This document shows, one piece after another, positions 12,938 through 27,812 of a stretch of DNA of 64,000 nucleotides (position 1 is its first letter; each line of letters begins with the position of its first letter). This DNA comes from Antechinus flavipes (Eukaryota). Location: NCBI RefSeq assembly GCF_016432865.1, contig NC_067398.1, forward strand, positions 397,110,001 through 397,174,000, in the 5' to 3' direction. Made by a program: the position numbers and the translations under genes. The notes beneath the pieces are model-generated. The model was given only the letters and a program-made list of their open reading frames with translations. It was not told the DNA's origin and made no database searches.

Positions 12938-13129
12938 TCTTGTTTGGCCATAGCCAATCTAAAATTTTCCGTGCGTATCAGTGAGCTCTAGTGAGCATTA
13001 CACTTTGCTACTTAGTTATAACATACGTTTCTGTTATTAAAAAAGAAGTGGTAATTGACTGACTGGGAAAACTACCAAAAAAAAAAAAAAAGAAAGAAAA
13101 AAAAGAAAAAGAAAGAAAAAATATGGTAT

Positions 13130-13500
13130 GTGAACATAATAGAAGATTATTCTGTGAATAAACACCATGGGATTTGTATGAACTGATAGTAAAATGTAAA
13201 TAATGAAAAGAAAATGAGATGTGCGCGTGCGCACACACATGCACGCAACACACACACACTCTAAATGAGAACGCTCAAGAAAGTGAACTCTGAATAAGTG
13301 AAAAAGCAATGAATGACCAATAGAACAATTAATAAAATGTGCTTCTTATGTCATAGAAGGGGGTATTAAGGCAAGAATGTTGTATACATTGTCAGATGAG
13401 GTCACCGTGAAATATTTATGGTTAACTCTCTTTGTTGAGAAAGGAGTTTGGTTGGAAAGGGGAAAGAGCTCTCCAGAAAAGACAAAAACCATTAAAAAGT
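13130..13500 (+). mobile_element. Old L1 3' region fragment with (CA)n insertion
   Basis: gatttgtatgaactgatag...ggcaagaatgttgtatacattgtcagat resembles ancient marsupial L1 3' end. Confidence 0.45.
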
Positions 13501-14399
13501 CATTTTAAAAGTGAAATCAGTTACATGAAATAAAAAATACAGACTGTTCCCTTATAAGGCTTCTAAGTACACATTTATGTATATGTATGTATACACATGA
13601 ACACACAGTCTGCAACCCCAAGGAAATTATTTACTGAAGAAAACAGACCAGCCTTTTCCAATTTACCTGACCTCCATCTAAGTCTCATAATCTTCATATG
13701 GCACTGTTTATATTCTAATGCTCTGTAGTTATCTGAGCCCTGACTAGTAAAAATATTACCTTCTTTTTTATGTTTATGTGTCAAAATCTCTGTGGATCAT
13801 AAGTTTCCTAAAGGCAAAGGTTTAATCTTTTTTCCTTCAAATGCATCTCTTTTCCTCTTTCTGTTCCAGGGACTAAAATTCTACAGAAGCCAGTCAATAA
13901 GAATGTGAAAGTTTCAAGACTGAAATTCTACAGAAAAAGAGACAATTCTATTTCCAGAGTTGCCTTATTTGCATTTTTACAAATTGGCATGACACCTTCT
14001 TTGACAATGGATATGAAAATGGGCAATAGTTTCCCAGGAAGAGATATTAGAATTTTGTGTAAGAAACTTTAGAAAATGAGATTTCACAAATCTGTAATTA
14101 TATACAGGTAACATGGAGGAGGCACCATGGTATAGTGGAAAGGCAATTTCCTCTGGCATCAGATGATCTGAGTTCAAATCTCCCCTCAAGACAGAGATTA
14201 GACCAGATGCCCACTGAGATCTCTTCTGGATCTAAGTCTGTGATCCATGAAGGAGGTAAAGATGCTGCTCTCTAAAGAGACCAATGCTAATGCTTAAGGT
14301 ATCCTAATTTCCTTTTTTTTTCTTTCCACCTAAAATTTTTAAAAGAATCTAGAAGATGGGAGAAAGAAGCTGGTAATAGAGGAAGAAAATAACAGAAGG

Positions 14400-14730
14400 C
14401 AGCATGGAAGAAAGAATGAGCATTTATGCTTGCCTACTACATGCCAGGCACTGTGCAGTTTTACAGTTATGATTTTATTTGCTTCTCCTAGCATTCTTGA
14501 GGTGGGAAATTATTATTCCCTCTTTGCTGTTCAGACATTTCTGTTGTGTCCAACTTTGTTTTCTCTTTTCTTGGCAAGATAATAAAGTAGTTTGCGTCTC
14601 CCTTCTTCCGCTCATTTTATAGATAAGGAAAGTTAGGCAAACAAGTTAAATGACTTGTCCAGGATAGCACAGCTAATAGTCTGAGGTCAAATGTGAACTC
14701 GGGTCTTCCTCATTCAACACACGGCTACCT
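14400..14730 (-). mobile_element. MIR/MAR1 SINE fragments
   Basis: ctcattttatagataaggaaagttaggcaaacaagttaaatgacttgtccagg...tgaactcgggtcttcct. Confidence 0.7.
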
Positions 14731-15489
14731 CATTTAGAAGTCAGAATGATCTGAGTTTAAGTCTTGCCTCCAATATGCTAGTCGTATGATCATAGGCAAG
14801 TCTCCCAACCTCTTAATCACCAATATTAGAAATCAAATGAATCAATAATCTGCATTGTTAAAAGCATTTTTACACAAGAAGCTCATTACAATATAATCCC
14901 CCCCCCCCCCAAATAGAATAGATGAATAGATCAGGGGCGAACTATAAATATAATTTATCTACATTTTAGCAAAGTATCTGACAAAAACTTTTATGCTGTT
15001 GTTCTAGAACTATAAACCAAATTATTATTATTATTTTATGACAGCACAATTAGATAGGTTATGAAGAATTACAGTCAAGAAGTGTTAGGAGTATTGATAT
15101 AATGTATTAAGGTTGCCAAATATGTAACACTTAATATCTTAGTTGATCTTCAACCACAATCTTGTGAAGTAGCTGCTATTCCTCATTTTACAGATTACTA
15201 TCCTACATTTTACTGAGGATGAAAGATGTGCCCAAGGTCACACAGCTAGTAAATTTCTGCAGCAGGAGTTGAATTTGGGACTTCCTGTCTCCCAAGTCTA
15301 CTTGGGAGTTCTCAGTCACATAGCTGTCTAAATGTAATATCAGCTTAAAAATTCTTTAGTGATGCCCCAGAGATTTCTGCTATTCTGCACTTTTATCTAT
15401 AACTTAAAAATACAGGTAGCATGCTTGCCCATTTTGCAGCTAACAAAATGCTAGCTAACATGTTGGAAGGCAGTTAAGATTAGAAAATA

Positions 15490-15810
15490 TTTTAACTGGC
15501 TAAAAAACTAGTCCAAACCTAATAAGATTATATTTATCCTTATTGAATTTCAAGACTCTAAGTTTAAAAAATCAACTTCACAAGTCAAGGGATAACTAGA
15601 GAGCAGTTCATCTGAAAAAGACACAGAATGGAACATAAGCTAAAAAACGAGCCAACAGTATGATGTGGCTGCCAAGCAAAGCAACTCCATTACATACAGA
15701 ATCAAGAGAGTTCGGAGTGTGGCTGTCCTCTGCTCTGGCCAAACCACAGATGGAACTGACTTCAGCTCCATGTGCCACACGTCCTTCTGCGATGGCCAAG
15801 ATAGGATATG
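15490..15810 (+). mobile_element. L3/CR1 LINE fragment
   Basis: aaaaaatcaacttcacaagt...agcagttcatctgaaaaagac...caacagtatgatgtggctgccaa...ctctgctctggccaaaccaca follows recalled L3 RT consensus. Confidence 0.8.
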
Positions 15811-15979
15811 AATTCAGCTTTTGTGATTGTAGGTCCAGGAACTCCTCTGATACCACTTTCCTTTTAGCTTTATTAAAATAGATGAATCCCCTCATCCTCT
15901 AGAGAGTTCAGCCAAATTGGCCTTGTGGTTGCCATTTCTCCCATGGGACACCTACCCTGATCCCTTGGATGTCCCTCAT

Positions 15980-16240
15980 TCCTAGAGTCTACTTCCTTCT
16001 CACCTCTGCCTCTTGGAATCCCTCATTTCTTTTAAAGTTTGACTCTAACACCTTATCCTAAAAGATGCCTTTCCTGACTGCAGCCCCTCACTCATCCCTT
16101 CAATTACCTTACATTTATTTTGTATATTCTTTCATAGTCATGAATATAGAATATAAAATTCTTGAGAGGAAGGATGTTAATTTTTATCTTTCTGTGCCTG
16201 GGACGGAGCAAATATCTAAGAAATGCTTGCTGAATGAATA
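15980..16240 (+). mobile_element. L2 3' end
   Basis: gcctttcctga...taaaattcttgagaggaagga...aagaaatgcttgctgaatgaat tail. Confidence 0.7.
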
Positions 16241-16529
16241 TGTATGGTATTTTTCTAAAAGTAAGCAAATAGCAAGAATTATGTCCCTTTACAAAGAGAT
16301 GAAACTGAAATACTGGAAAAAAGCTCTCTGAAGTTCATAGTACAACTAAATACAGACCCTCAGCACATGACAAAGGACTACCTGATCCAAGAATCTCTAA
16401 GCTCAATAGCTTCTGCATGTGGTCAAGATGCTACCACCCCTTCCTCCTGAATATCAGAAGAGTCCCTGGGAAATTAACTGATCAACTTCCAAGCTACCAA
16501 ATACAAAGGACATATCCCTTTTAAAAGAC

Positions 16530-16695
16530 CAAGGCACAAAACTGTACACATATAACCTATATAAAACTGCTTACCTTTGTTAGAAAAGGGGAAAGGGTAG
16601 GGAAAGAGAAAATTTGGAACTCAAAATTTTATTTTAAAAAATTACTGTTTAAAATTGTCTTTACATGTAATTGGGAAAAAAAATAGTTTATTAAA
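16530..16695 (+). mobile_element. L1 3' UTR fragment
   Basis: gggaaagagaaaatttggaactcaaaatttt...tacatgtaattgggaaaaaa. Confidence 0.7.
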
Positions 16696-18486
16696 AAGGC
16701 TAATGGCTCCTGATTCAGTGCCTATGTTCCCATGTTCCCTGCTAGATAGGATGATGGCTATAGTCTGATAGTGCAACTAACATTGCACCACAACACGGTT
16801 TAATGAAATGGTTAATAACAGTCAATAGCTTCAAGATAAAACTTCTGGGCATACAGACTAAGACCAAGCTGATATGTCAGTACTTACTGTCATAGTTACA
16901 TTAAAATTAGTATTTGGTTTTATTTTGTTTTGTTTTCAGAATAAACTATAACCAAGAGCACTGCTAAAATCACTGTTTATATACCAACTTCCATCTAAAT
17001 GTCGCTTCAGTTTTTCAGGCTTCTACTTCACATTACCATGAAGTATATCCAATAATAGAACATACTGCTGAGTTAAAAGTCTAGTAAAGCTTAAAGAAAA
17101 AAGTCAGATGTTGATGGTGCTTAAAACTTTTAACTCCAAACATAAGTCAACTTTGCATTGTATGAATCCTAGGATTATGTGCCCTTAATGTAAATGATTT
17201 TTAAAATAAAGTTTAAACAGCCCACCTATGACAGTTTCTGTGATAACAAAAGATTTTGAAAATGATTGATTCTCCTCTCTAGAATTCATAATCCCAGTGG
17301 TAATTAAACCTGTTCATCTTCATAAGTGTGCTATAGTACAGAGCAATTGCAAATGGTTGCAATTGTCAATCAAAACCTCAAGTACAGACATTTTTTGTTT
17401 TTGTTTTTAGAAAAAAAACCCCAAAAATCTACAAAGAACTGCAAAAAGAATTTCTCTGTATTTTCATAAGGATGATTCCTATGTAGCATTCTGAACTTAA
17501 AGAATGAAAAGCATACATGCTAAATATCATCAGTGGCAGTTGATTCCAAATTTTTATAGTACTTTTCAGATGCAAACAATACAATCCTCTTGACTGAAGT
17601 CAGGAAAGATGTAGTATTATTATTATTTTTTAATCAAAGACCATTTAATTCTTGAGATAAACATTTCTTATAACTATTTGTTATGCCCACCTCACAGAGA
17701 TCTCCAAAGCATATGCCAAGTGTTTTTGATTAACAGAAAAGGATGACTTTAAATAAAAGGTTGGTCCAAGTAACCCATTTGGTACCTTGAGGTTTCCCAG
17801 ATTCCCATTTCTGAAATTCATTAACTCTTTGTGTTATTAATTAGTCATTTTGTGGTTCCTTTTTCCTTGGAGGAAAAAAATGTGCAGGGGTAGATATTCA
17901 CCTTTTCTGAAATAGGAGAGCTCTGCATTCTGCAGGAGTCCCTAAAATTAAGGCAAATAGCAAAGCCAACAACAGCTTTACTAAGTCTTGTTCTGTAGCA
18001 GCCTAAAAGGCTCACTCTTAAGACACTATTCCCTCTTTGTCACTGGCTGATAATGCACTTCCCCACTATATTTTGCAGTGTAATTATAAATAAGATGCTG
18101 CGACTAGAAGAAGATGGTACAGACAAAGTCTAAACATTACAAGTATAGTCTGTGGAGCTGTAAAGAACAGATCCAAATTTTCTAATCTAAATTAACATTT
18201 ATAAATGGAAAGAATATTGGACTTATAAAACTGGCATTTAAATCCTATCTCTGTTCCTTATCAAGTCCAGCACCATGATATGTTGCACTAAGAAAACCAA
18301 AAGCTATCCATTCACGATTATGGAGAGAGATTATGCCTTTCTGAAAAAAATGTTACGTATGGGGAGAAAAAGGATTCTTTGAATGTGAGCCATTTAAAAT
18401 AATTTATTTTGTTTTGTTTGTTTTATTCTGGGATCCATGAAATTTTGTTTGTTTTATTCTGATAATTGTATTTCAAGACATCTTGA

Positions 18487-18697
18487 CAACTAGGTGGCAC
18501 AGTTTAGAACACTGAGTTTGGAATCAGGAAAGCTCATGTTCAGACACTCACTGGCTATATGACCCTGGGCAAGTCACTTAATCCTATTTGTTTCAGTTTC
18601 CTTCTCTAAAAAAGTAGAAGAGAATGGCAAACCACTTTGGTATCTTTTGCCAAATGGGGTCATTCAAAGCTGGACATGACTAAAAATGACTAAACGA
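18487..18697 (+). mobile_element. MAR1 SINE
   Basis: caactaggtggcacag head and aatggcaaaccactttggtatc...ggacatgactaaaaatgactaaac tail. Confidence 0.8.
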
Positions 18698-18939
18698 AAA
18701 ATTTCAACACAATCAATTTCTTTTGTAATCCTTTGCACTTAAAAACATTCTTCTAAGAAGACCACAGGCTTCACCAGACTCCAGGGAGTCCATGACAAAG
18801 AAATCATTAACATTCTACTTCATTAAGATCAACAGTGCTGAATTTTACAGACAGGAGAAGAAATAAAATTTTAACAAAATGATTATTAAAAAGTAGAATT
18901 TAGATAACTGGAAACCTTGGGGGGAAATAGATACAGTAG

Positions 18940-19420
18940 AATTTGAGGCAGACGTTAAAAAGATGATTAATACCTGAATTAGTGGTGAGGAAGAGTGTGT
19001 AGATAGCTTTTTGGTGAGTAGAAATTCAGCAATAAAAAGAAGAAAAAATTAAACCGTGATTTAGGGTAACTATGTTAAAAGTTTTTGTAACTATTTCATT
19101 TACAGAGAAAGAGCCAAAGGATACAGAGAGATTAAAGAGTTTTTTTAAGAAAAGAAAACTCAAACTAGATTATGATAAAAGTCAAGTCCTAAAGAATACA
19201 GAAAGAAATAGATTTGAAGATTTAACTAGAAGGAGAGAGTGAATAAAGGTGACAGAGATATCTGAAATGGAGAATAAGTGTCAATGAGTAAGGTCAACAT
19301 AGATGGCTTTTATCTTCAAAGAGGGAAGGCCTTCTGCTAAAAATCTAAGAGGTTAGAATGAGGCAAGTGGGATTTAAGTCTTGAGAAGTATGAAAAGTTT
19401 ATAGTGACAACTTTATATAA
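18940..19420 (-). mobile_element. L2 internal fragment
   Basis: gtaaggtcaacatagatggcttttatcttc...ggaaggccttctgctaa resembles L2. Confidence 0.45.
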
Positions 19421-20893
19421 TGACTGGTGGGGTGGATTTTAAGCCATCCCAATACAAAATCTGGGCCAAAACAGATCATAAAAGAGATTGTTTGAGTGAT
19501 CCATCCCCTTATTCCCCAAATCCATTTGTCCTAGCATCTTATTCTACACTTTAAGCTCCTACAGGTTGTAAACCTGCTCTGTATATGTTGCTTATTTAAT
19601 TAGATTAAGTCCCTGATTTAGGTTCCTGGACAGCCTGGCTCTCCTTATATTGCTAAGAAATCTAGAAAGATTTCCAAAACATTGGGTACATCTGTGAAGG
19701 ACTTGAGAAGACAAAAATAAAAAAAAATCATAAAAAATAGGAAGTTGTGGATGGGCTATGATCTGAATTGTTGATAAGAGTAGCCACATTGATGAGATAA
19801 CAGATTCATTGAAATAAAAGTCTGATTCAACTCAGTATATAGATGTTGTTATAAAAGATAAAGACTAAACTGCATTCTGGAAAGACCAAATCTCCAAGAT
19901 GACTATATCTGCTAAAAATCTAAAGAACTGGGATATTCCATTCTCTCAATTGTTTACCTTATATAAACCTTTCATTTCTCATAAAAAATCAATAAGAAAA
20001 TAAGTGGATTGCTGGTTTTTTTTAAGCATGCCAATAAATTATCAGTCCCGCAAACATATGCAAATTATTCTCCTTAAAATGACACCAAAATACAATTTGC
20101 TTAGTAACATTCCAAGATCTTTTACTGATAAAATATTTTATTATACCTAACCAGTCTTATGAAAATGCAGTGTTTCCAATTCTGGATGGAGTTTATTTCA
20201 TTCAGGAAAATTTTAGCAAAATGGACACTGACTTCATGTTCTGAAGCAGAGTTTTCTGAAATTTGATATCTGCTACAGTATTCATGAAACCCTACAAAAG
20301 AAGACTTTATAATACTTTCATATTAATGATCTCAAGAGTTTAAAATTAAAAAAATTATGCAGACCCATCACGTTTTCAAATTTAATAGGCAACTCCTAAG
20401 TTCTTTCTCTTTCAAGTATGCTTTCTGTAAAAATAAAATAAAACAAACTGGGTATAATAAACCTGAGTTGCTAAACAACAACAGTTTTCATAGCCACTAG
20501 AATCACTTAGGAGATATCGGAGTTAATGAAACCCCTTATTTTAACCTTTTTTGCTCTGGCTCAACTATTCCAGAGATTAAAACCACGAAGAATAGCTCTC
20601 AAAGAGATAAGACTGGTATAACTTGGTGAAATGGAAGGGCTGGAGACTGGGCTGGGTGAAAGGAAAATAATATCCATAAGAATATTTGAGAGCGTCTGCT
20701 GTTTTCTTGAATTACTGGGAACAAAAATTTCACACATGACTGATCAGGAAAGAAAAAATACACTTTAGAAAGTCCCTCTTCTTCAAAAACAGCAAGTGTT
20801 ATCTATGGTCTTGGACTTAAGAAAGAACAAGTATTAATATTTAACCAGATAGAAGTTATCTATGAAATGCTCACAGGTCATAAAAATTCTCAC

Positions 20894-20990
20894 CTGGTGC
20901 TTTCCCATTCTTGATCATCCTTATCTCTGTCTTCTTTGGCATCTCCACTATGAGGGTGTTTCTGCACAATTCTCATTCCACCAGCTTTTA
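20894..20990 (-). CDS. DAP: DAP coding exon 2 (V-KAGGMRIVQKHPHSGDAKEDRDKDDQEWEST-S, 97 nt)
   Basis: Acceptor tttttctctctttttatttaag|TAAAAGCTGGTGGAATG and donor ACCAG|gtgaga. In frame with exon 1; matches human KAGGMRIVQKHPHTGDTKEEKDKDDQEWESPS. Confidence 0.97.
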
Positions 20991-22249
20991 CTTAAATAAA
21001 AAGAGAGAAAAAGGTCAATTAATGTGGAGAAGGGACATAACTGAGTGTCTGAGGATAAAAAAAATTTTCTGGTGTTTTCAAGTGACAAATGGTTACATGC
21101 AGATAGATTAAATAATAGTGACATTTACCTACATACGTCTAGAAGGAAGCAGGACATAGAAATGTATTCAATGACTATTTCCTTCATTTAGTCCACTTTG
21201 ATCCATTTCACTTTAATTTGTCTGGATTCTTAGCCAAAATCTTGTGTTACCAAACATTTTTAGTGTCAACAGAAAATATATTGTAAACTAGTTGGGGAAA
21301 GTAATCTCTCCTTTCAATTTTATACTTCCTATACCCTATCATAGTTCTTTTTCTATACCTCTTTATATTTTAAAATCCCTCCCAACAATCCTATAAAGTA
21401 ATACACAAGTATTATTATTCCTATCTGATGAAAGAGGAAACAGACTTGAGAGGATTTGGCCAAATATTTCTCATATTGTGCCATATGCTTATTGGGTGGT
21501 CAGGATTTGGAAACAAGAACACAGGATAGTTATTATAAGCAAGAATTTCACTACTATTATCTTTAAACAATGAAAAGCTTATTATGGCTCTTAATTACTT
21601 GACTATAAAATGGTAACTTCTCTCATAGTACTTTCCCCAGTGAGATTCTTCCATATATTTTGTGTATATTTTAAATGTACCTTGTTATTTATAAGTCGTC
21701 TCTCCCATTAGAACATGAGCCTCAAGTGAACTTGTCTTTCTTTGAATCCCCCGGGGCTTAGCACAATATCAGGAACATAAAAAGGTCTTAATGTTTATTG
21801 ACTGGATAATATAATTTCCTAACACCTAACATGGTTGTACTTCCCCCAAAAACTTGTCCATTAACATCTGTAAAGAAAAGATCCTTAATCTCCTACTCAG
21901 GAAATTTTATGGGATCCTTTAAGTAGAGGTCTTCTTGGACTATTATTACTATATTATTATTCTGTCGACCCTTCACCTAACTTGGTAGTTGTTTTATGTG
22001 TAAACTTATTACTTAACTGATTATAAAGCAAACTTCCTAATGGATGAATAATTCAATTTTATTCAATTCAATAAACATTAAATATCTACACAAATTCCAT
22101 GCCCTCTAGAATTTTTTTGTATTCTTTATATATACAGATACACAGAAAAAACAAGGTAACCTGAGAAAGGAGAGTATACAATTGGATTGGATCCTTCATG
22201 GAGAAAGCTACACTACACCTATGCTGATTATTTCCAGAAAAATCAAATC

Positions 22250-22505
22250 CTACTTTGTTGTTACTCAGTTGTTACAACCAACTCTTTGTGACTTGATTTG
22301 GAAATTTTTTTTTAGCAAATATAATAATGGAGTAGTTTGCCATTTCCTTCTCTAGTTCACTTTATAGATGAAGAAACGAGACAGACAAGGTTTAAGTAAC
22401 TTGCCTGGGGTCACACAGTAAGTGTCTAAGGGCGGCTTTGAACTCATGAAGATGAGTCTTCCTAACTTAAGGCCCTGAACTTTATCCACTGTGCCATCTA
22501 ACTAT
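22250..22505 (-). mobile_element. MAR1 SINE
   Basis: ggagtagtttgccatttccttctctagttcac...gaactcatgaagatgagtcttcct...tatccactgtgccatcta. Confidence 0.8.
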
Positions 22506-23599
22506 CTTGATAAATAATACAGCTAGCATTTATATAATGCATCAAGACTGACAAACAGATAATGGAGATTATCTTTAAAAGAATACACAAATGGAAAAAG
22601 CATAAGATAAAGGCAGGCTGCAGCCAGACAGCAAAGGGTAATTTTCATTGATATGGAAATTAATTCTCAATATTATAAGAATATTCCATATGTTTCAATA
22701 TGAGAAAACTACTTTCCCAATTTCCTTTCCTTTTGGAAAGATTATTTCAGTTGTAGGTTGTAAGCTCCTTAAAAATAAGGTCTGTGTCATATTTATTTCC
22801 ACTATGCAATCTAATGGTATTTTTCATGTACCATGCCTTTAATAAACGTTTGTCAACATAACTGTAAAGATATCAGCAATAGTTTAAAACTGTAAAGACA
22901 TCTTTCATTTAACAATTTCTTTTTGATATGTGATTTTCCCATTGTAAAATGGAATTTTACAAACCCCCAATGCAGAAGGGTAAAACTACACGAACTGTTG
23001 ACAAGTCAGGTCATCTAAAGTAAAAAAAAGAATACTTTTCAACTCTCATCATAACTACAAACTATGACTTGAAGGGCCTCACCAAAGCTATCTAGCATTA
23101 CTAGCTCAATCAACTAAGTTTATAGACAATTAACATTAATGTTTACCATTAAGTTTATTGATTAATGCAGATATAGAGTGGCAAAAAGACCAATAAAGAA
23201 CTGAAGGTGAGGTAGATTACATTTTACTTAAAATACTACCTTCAAATTAGGATTTTATCATTATAACTGTAAAGTTACAATGGAATACCCAGTGGTACTC
23301 TTATAATGAAGTCCAAAAGGCATTCCTAATTCTTTAGGCTCCCTCTGGAATATATTTCATTTGTGAAAAGATAACAGGAACAATATCAGCAACAGCAAAC
23401 ATAGCCATATCCTGTCTAACATTATTAATTAGTTCTAGGAAAATGGGGCATTAGGGAAAATAATACAGGACAGCTGTTAGGAGGCATTTGTAAGTATAGC
23501 TATGAGATACATTCTTAAGTAGTTAACAGTCAGACAAGGGGTATATAAAGGGAGTCAGGGGTATCAAAGTATATAAGAATCCCTGCTAGATGCATACAA

Positions 23600-23800
23600 A
23601 CTTAGAAAATTTTGTTAACTTTAACTATTTTTTTGTTAATAAATCTATTTTTGTATAAAGTGTATATGAATATATTTTTATATCAAATAATATAAATTTT
23701 ATATATAAATATGTATATAATTGTATATCAAATATATTTTTAAGACAATAAATTTCATATAAATAAGTCTTTTATAATTTTATTTATTTTCTAAAATATT
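23600..23800. repeat. AT-rich low-complexity tract
   Basis: Almost exclusively A/T. Confidence 0.7.
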
Positions 23801-26800
23801 TCTCAATTCTATTTCACTCTGGTTTGGACTTTACTCAGGAGTATTGCTAAAACTGGTCCAGTATTTAACAACTCAAATTTAGACTGTATGAACTTAAATT
23901 AGGTTTTTACACAGAAATGAGACAAGATACTTTATAAAGTAAAATCAACTTCTCTGACCCCACAACTTCCTCACCTCAGAAGCTTAAATTTCCACTAATA
24001 GAGAAGGCAAGGCAGACCAACTCTATTCAAAGACTATCTACAGGAGTTTGAAGAAGATTATTTGGAGGTATCTGAATGGGGTCCCTTAAACCAGTAAAAA
24101 TTTACTATACAACTCTTGCCTTTCCCCAATGGGTCTGGCAGCCTCCCCACAAGGAGAATTTAATAATAAACACTCACATATCTAGGGGGAGGGGGAAAAG
24201 TAATTAGTTATTAGTTGTTCTGTTCTTACTGTCTTGCCCCTTATGACTCAATTACTACTAGGCTGACACAGCAACTGTTTTCTGATTGGGTTAAGTAGTA
24301 AAGGCTTTCCTGAAGGATTCTCTTCACCAAAATGTGAAAGGCTTTTCTCTCTCTGAGAATAAACAACTATTTCAGTGAAATTTTGATTATCATTAACTAT
24401 ATTATTATGAAAAAATGTTGGACAGGGAAAACTGATATAAAGGAAATGTACTTTTTCTTTTAATAGAAACTTTAGAAAACCAATTCTTAGCTGCTGTTAT
24501 TTGAAAAATGAGTGGTATGCATAAGGAAATTTCTAAGTACAATTTGGTTTTTTGCCCCAAATTTCTATTTAACTTTCTTTTGCATTTTTTTCCTGGCATT
24601 TATTCTCTAAATGTACTTCCAGTCTCATTAGTCACATATTTCAAGATTACAAACAGAGTTCTGGGGAGATGCATACATTGAAAACCTATTCCCCTTCCTC
24701 TCTCCACTTCTCCTTAAAACAAATGAAGAATTAACCTGTAGCAGTCTTCTAGAGTGAAAATAATCTGGCAAAAACCCAAGACTAATGGAATAAACTATTG
24801 GTGATAATAAAAGGAACATACTTGACTTTGGAGTTGATATCTGAATATGAGATATCTCATGCTTGGTTCTAAGAACTTGGAGAATTCAAAGAACTTCACA
24901 CAAAATAAGTACCAAAGCTTGGCTGATGATACTCCAGACTGGATACTTTAACCTCCCATTAAAATTTTTCTTATTGCTCACTTCTATTAAAAAGACGCTA
25001 ACATTTTGAACTTACAAAAAGTTTAGTGTAGATATTCCCTAGGTTAAAGGAAAGTATTGCAATTAAAAGGCCTTCTACTCTATTAGAGAAATACAATTAA
25101 GAATGGCAAAATATGTCAACACAGAGCACTCATTATCCACTACACTCCAAAATGGGTATAAATTGGGCACATCAAACTCCAGTGGCTTGCTAAGAAAATA
25201 CTTTTTCTATTTCACTTGTAAAATCCTATATAAGCTAGTCTCAACCTATCTCTTTGGCCTCATTGGCCATTACCCCACCTTTCTTTTTCTCACATTTTAA
25301 CTCACATTTTTGTAGGGTTTTTGTTTTTGTTTTTGTTTTTTTTTTTTGCATTGGCTGCCCTCCATGCTTAAGAGAAACCTTTTTTCTCTCTAGCTGTGTC
25401 ATAGAATCTGGCTCTTTAAGAAGCACTCAGCAACATTCTGTGCATGAAGTCTTCTCTGATCTCCCTAAATGCTGATGCCATTCACACTCTGGTTTATGAG
25501 AAGTTTTTAGAGAGCATTCTGGAAACAATCCTATAAGTCAATAAGAAAATTATTTTAAAGAAGGAATAATGTCAAGAAATAGACAAACAGAAAAATAGTT
25601 AAAGTCAAGAAAGAAAAGGAGAAGTAACATTTACATAGTATGTTAATATTTGCAAAACACTTTTACATATATTTTTAACCCAAATTTAGCTTATATAAAA
25701 ATATGTTCAACCTGTAGTTGTACTTTAGATGATAATGTATAATTGGGAAGATAATATAAGAAAGATAGCAGAACATATTTGGATATCATGCTGGTCTTAG
25801 AACCAGAAACTGTTCAAATCCCACTTATAACACTTATTAGCTGTATGTATATGGTAAAATTAACTGACCTCAATATCTTAGTTCCCTCATTTATAAAATT
25901 TGGAGGATGGAATTGGGGGGAGGGGAGGGGAGAGGAGAAACACTGGATTGAATGCTCTTCAAAATCCTTTCCAGATTAAATCTATAATCCTATGGAAGTT
26001 CTGATATAAAAAAAGAACAATAGCATGGAAAGAAAAAGCGTTACTTGAATTAAAAGAAATGTTAAAACCTGAACTCATTTGTCACAAAAAGGTTGGTAGA
26101 AGAAAATTCTGAAGATAAATTTCTGTAGAAAATATGCAAGGATCTATATGTTAACTACAGAGAAAATAATTTTTCCTTCGTAAGATTTATCACGTATCTA
26201 ATGAGCATTAGAACACTTTAATAGAACTAAGCTATTATAATTTGGGAAATGTAGTATGGGTTTTCCCCAATTTTTACCTTAATATCTATGATAATTCTTC
26301 CCCTCTACCCCCTAATTTTCCTACCTCCAACCAAGGTTCAAAACATATTAAAAAAAATCAAAATTAGTAACACTTACACTTATCATAAATCAGATTTAGA
26401 GTAAGTTTAGCAACATATGGCTCTGGCTCCAAAGGGAAATGGAGGGGAACTGGGCCAATCAAATGTATTTAACAATGAGATTCTATCCACATCACTGACA
26501 TAAGCATACAAAGACTGGCAGGAATGAGTAATAGTACAGCTCATAATTATGTCCTCCTTTCTGCAGCATAACACCATTACTGCTGTTAGATGAAACAGAA
26601 CCTCACTAATTCTCACTTTGCTAATCTGTATGTGCAATAACTCTCATAAAACAAGCAGTCTCACCCCATTTCTCTGCAAATATTTAGTAGTAGAGAGCAG
26701 CAGTGAGGTCTCAAATCATTAAGACTTGATTATTTTTACAAAGGACTGCAAACTGCAGCACATTTGCTAGCACATTATGAAGCATCATCCATCATTCATA

Positions 26801-27272
26801 AACAACAATACTTTGTATTTACACAGCACCTTTCTCCCAAGCATTTCAAAATGCTTTACTAACTGCCTCATTAATCTCACATCGTAGAAATAAAGGCTTG
26901 GCAAGTGGTGCTATTCCTCTGTTTGTTAGGGACTACTGGGGTGCCAAGAGGTTAAAAGCACTTGTGCCCAGTCACTTTCAGTTCTTCATGGGCAGAAATG
27001 AGTCTGAACAAAGATCTTACCAAGACATACTGCTCATTTTCCTTATCCTTTCCCTAAAATATTAGGTAACTACTATCTGACCAAATCAAACCGAGTATCA
27101 GCCTATAATTAACATAAATTGGGATAAGTCCATAGATTTCAAAAACATGGTAGAATAAAAACAGCAATTTATTTGGAGTCTGATGAGCTCGGTTTGATCT
27201 CAGTCCTGTCTCCTGCTACCTCTGTGTAAAGTTGGACAAATAATCTGACCTTCCTGAACCTGTTTCCTCATC

Positions 27273-27308
<36 letters not shown>

Positions 27309-27812
27309 ATATCTAAGATCTTTTCCAGTCCTAAAAGTATTATTCTATGCGCTAGTGAAATAAAAATTTGTTATTGTCATGAAAAAGACTATGGGCAAAA
27401 AGACCTAGAAAAAAAGCACATTCATTATGAAGGGCCTATGACAGTGCAACAGTTCAAAAATGGGTTCTTTGCGTGTCTAATGAAGAGATATTTGATTTTG
27501 GTCAAATACAATATGTACAACACAAATTATATGTGAAAATGCATTTCCCTGATTTCTGCCCAACTTTTAGATATGACAATTAAAAAAAAAAAAGTTCAGG
27601 GGCACTTCTCTTATCAAGAGAAATGATCCAATTTTTCCAAACCAGTAGATTAAGAGAATGTACAACATAAACTAATTGATAAGGAGGGTAGGAAAATGAC
27701 TAGAATCATGGTATTTTGGGTTCTCTGAAAGTAAAAGTCTCATTATGGAAAAAGCTATATTCCATTTTGAATAAAATAATATCCATAAAGGCTAAGTTTT
27801 TGACATATATTT

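Larger units (their letters stand above)
1..20893 (-). other. DAP: DAP intron 2 (partial; exon 3 expected beyond the left edge)
   Basis: Starts gtgaga after exon 2. I saw no sequence encoding the expected exon 3 peptide (PPKPTVFISGVIAR-like) in 1-20893 when reading by eye. Confidence 0.8.

Noticed and set aside
15608-15895. Overlapping 95-aa (-) and 73-aa (+) ORFs with elevated GC, considered as a coding exon or endogenous viral element
   Set aside because: The nucleotides follow the L3/CR1 consensus on the + strand. No splice sites, and no resemblance to the filovirus or bornavirus proteins I compared from memory.
20100-20310. Minus-strand acceptor (tcttcttttgtag) 580 bp after exon 2 with a ~57-codon open frame
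   Set aside because: In the DAP frame it stops after three codons (R-V-S-stop), and it does not resemble DAP exon 3.
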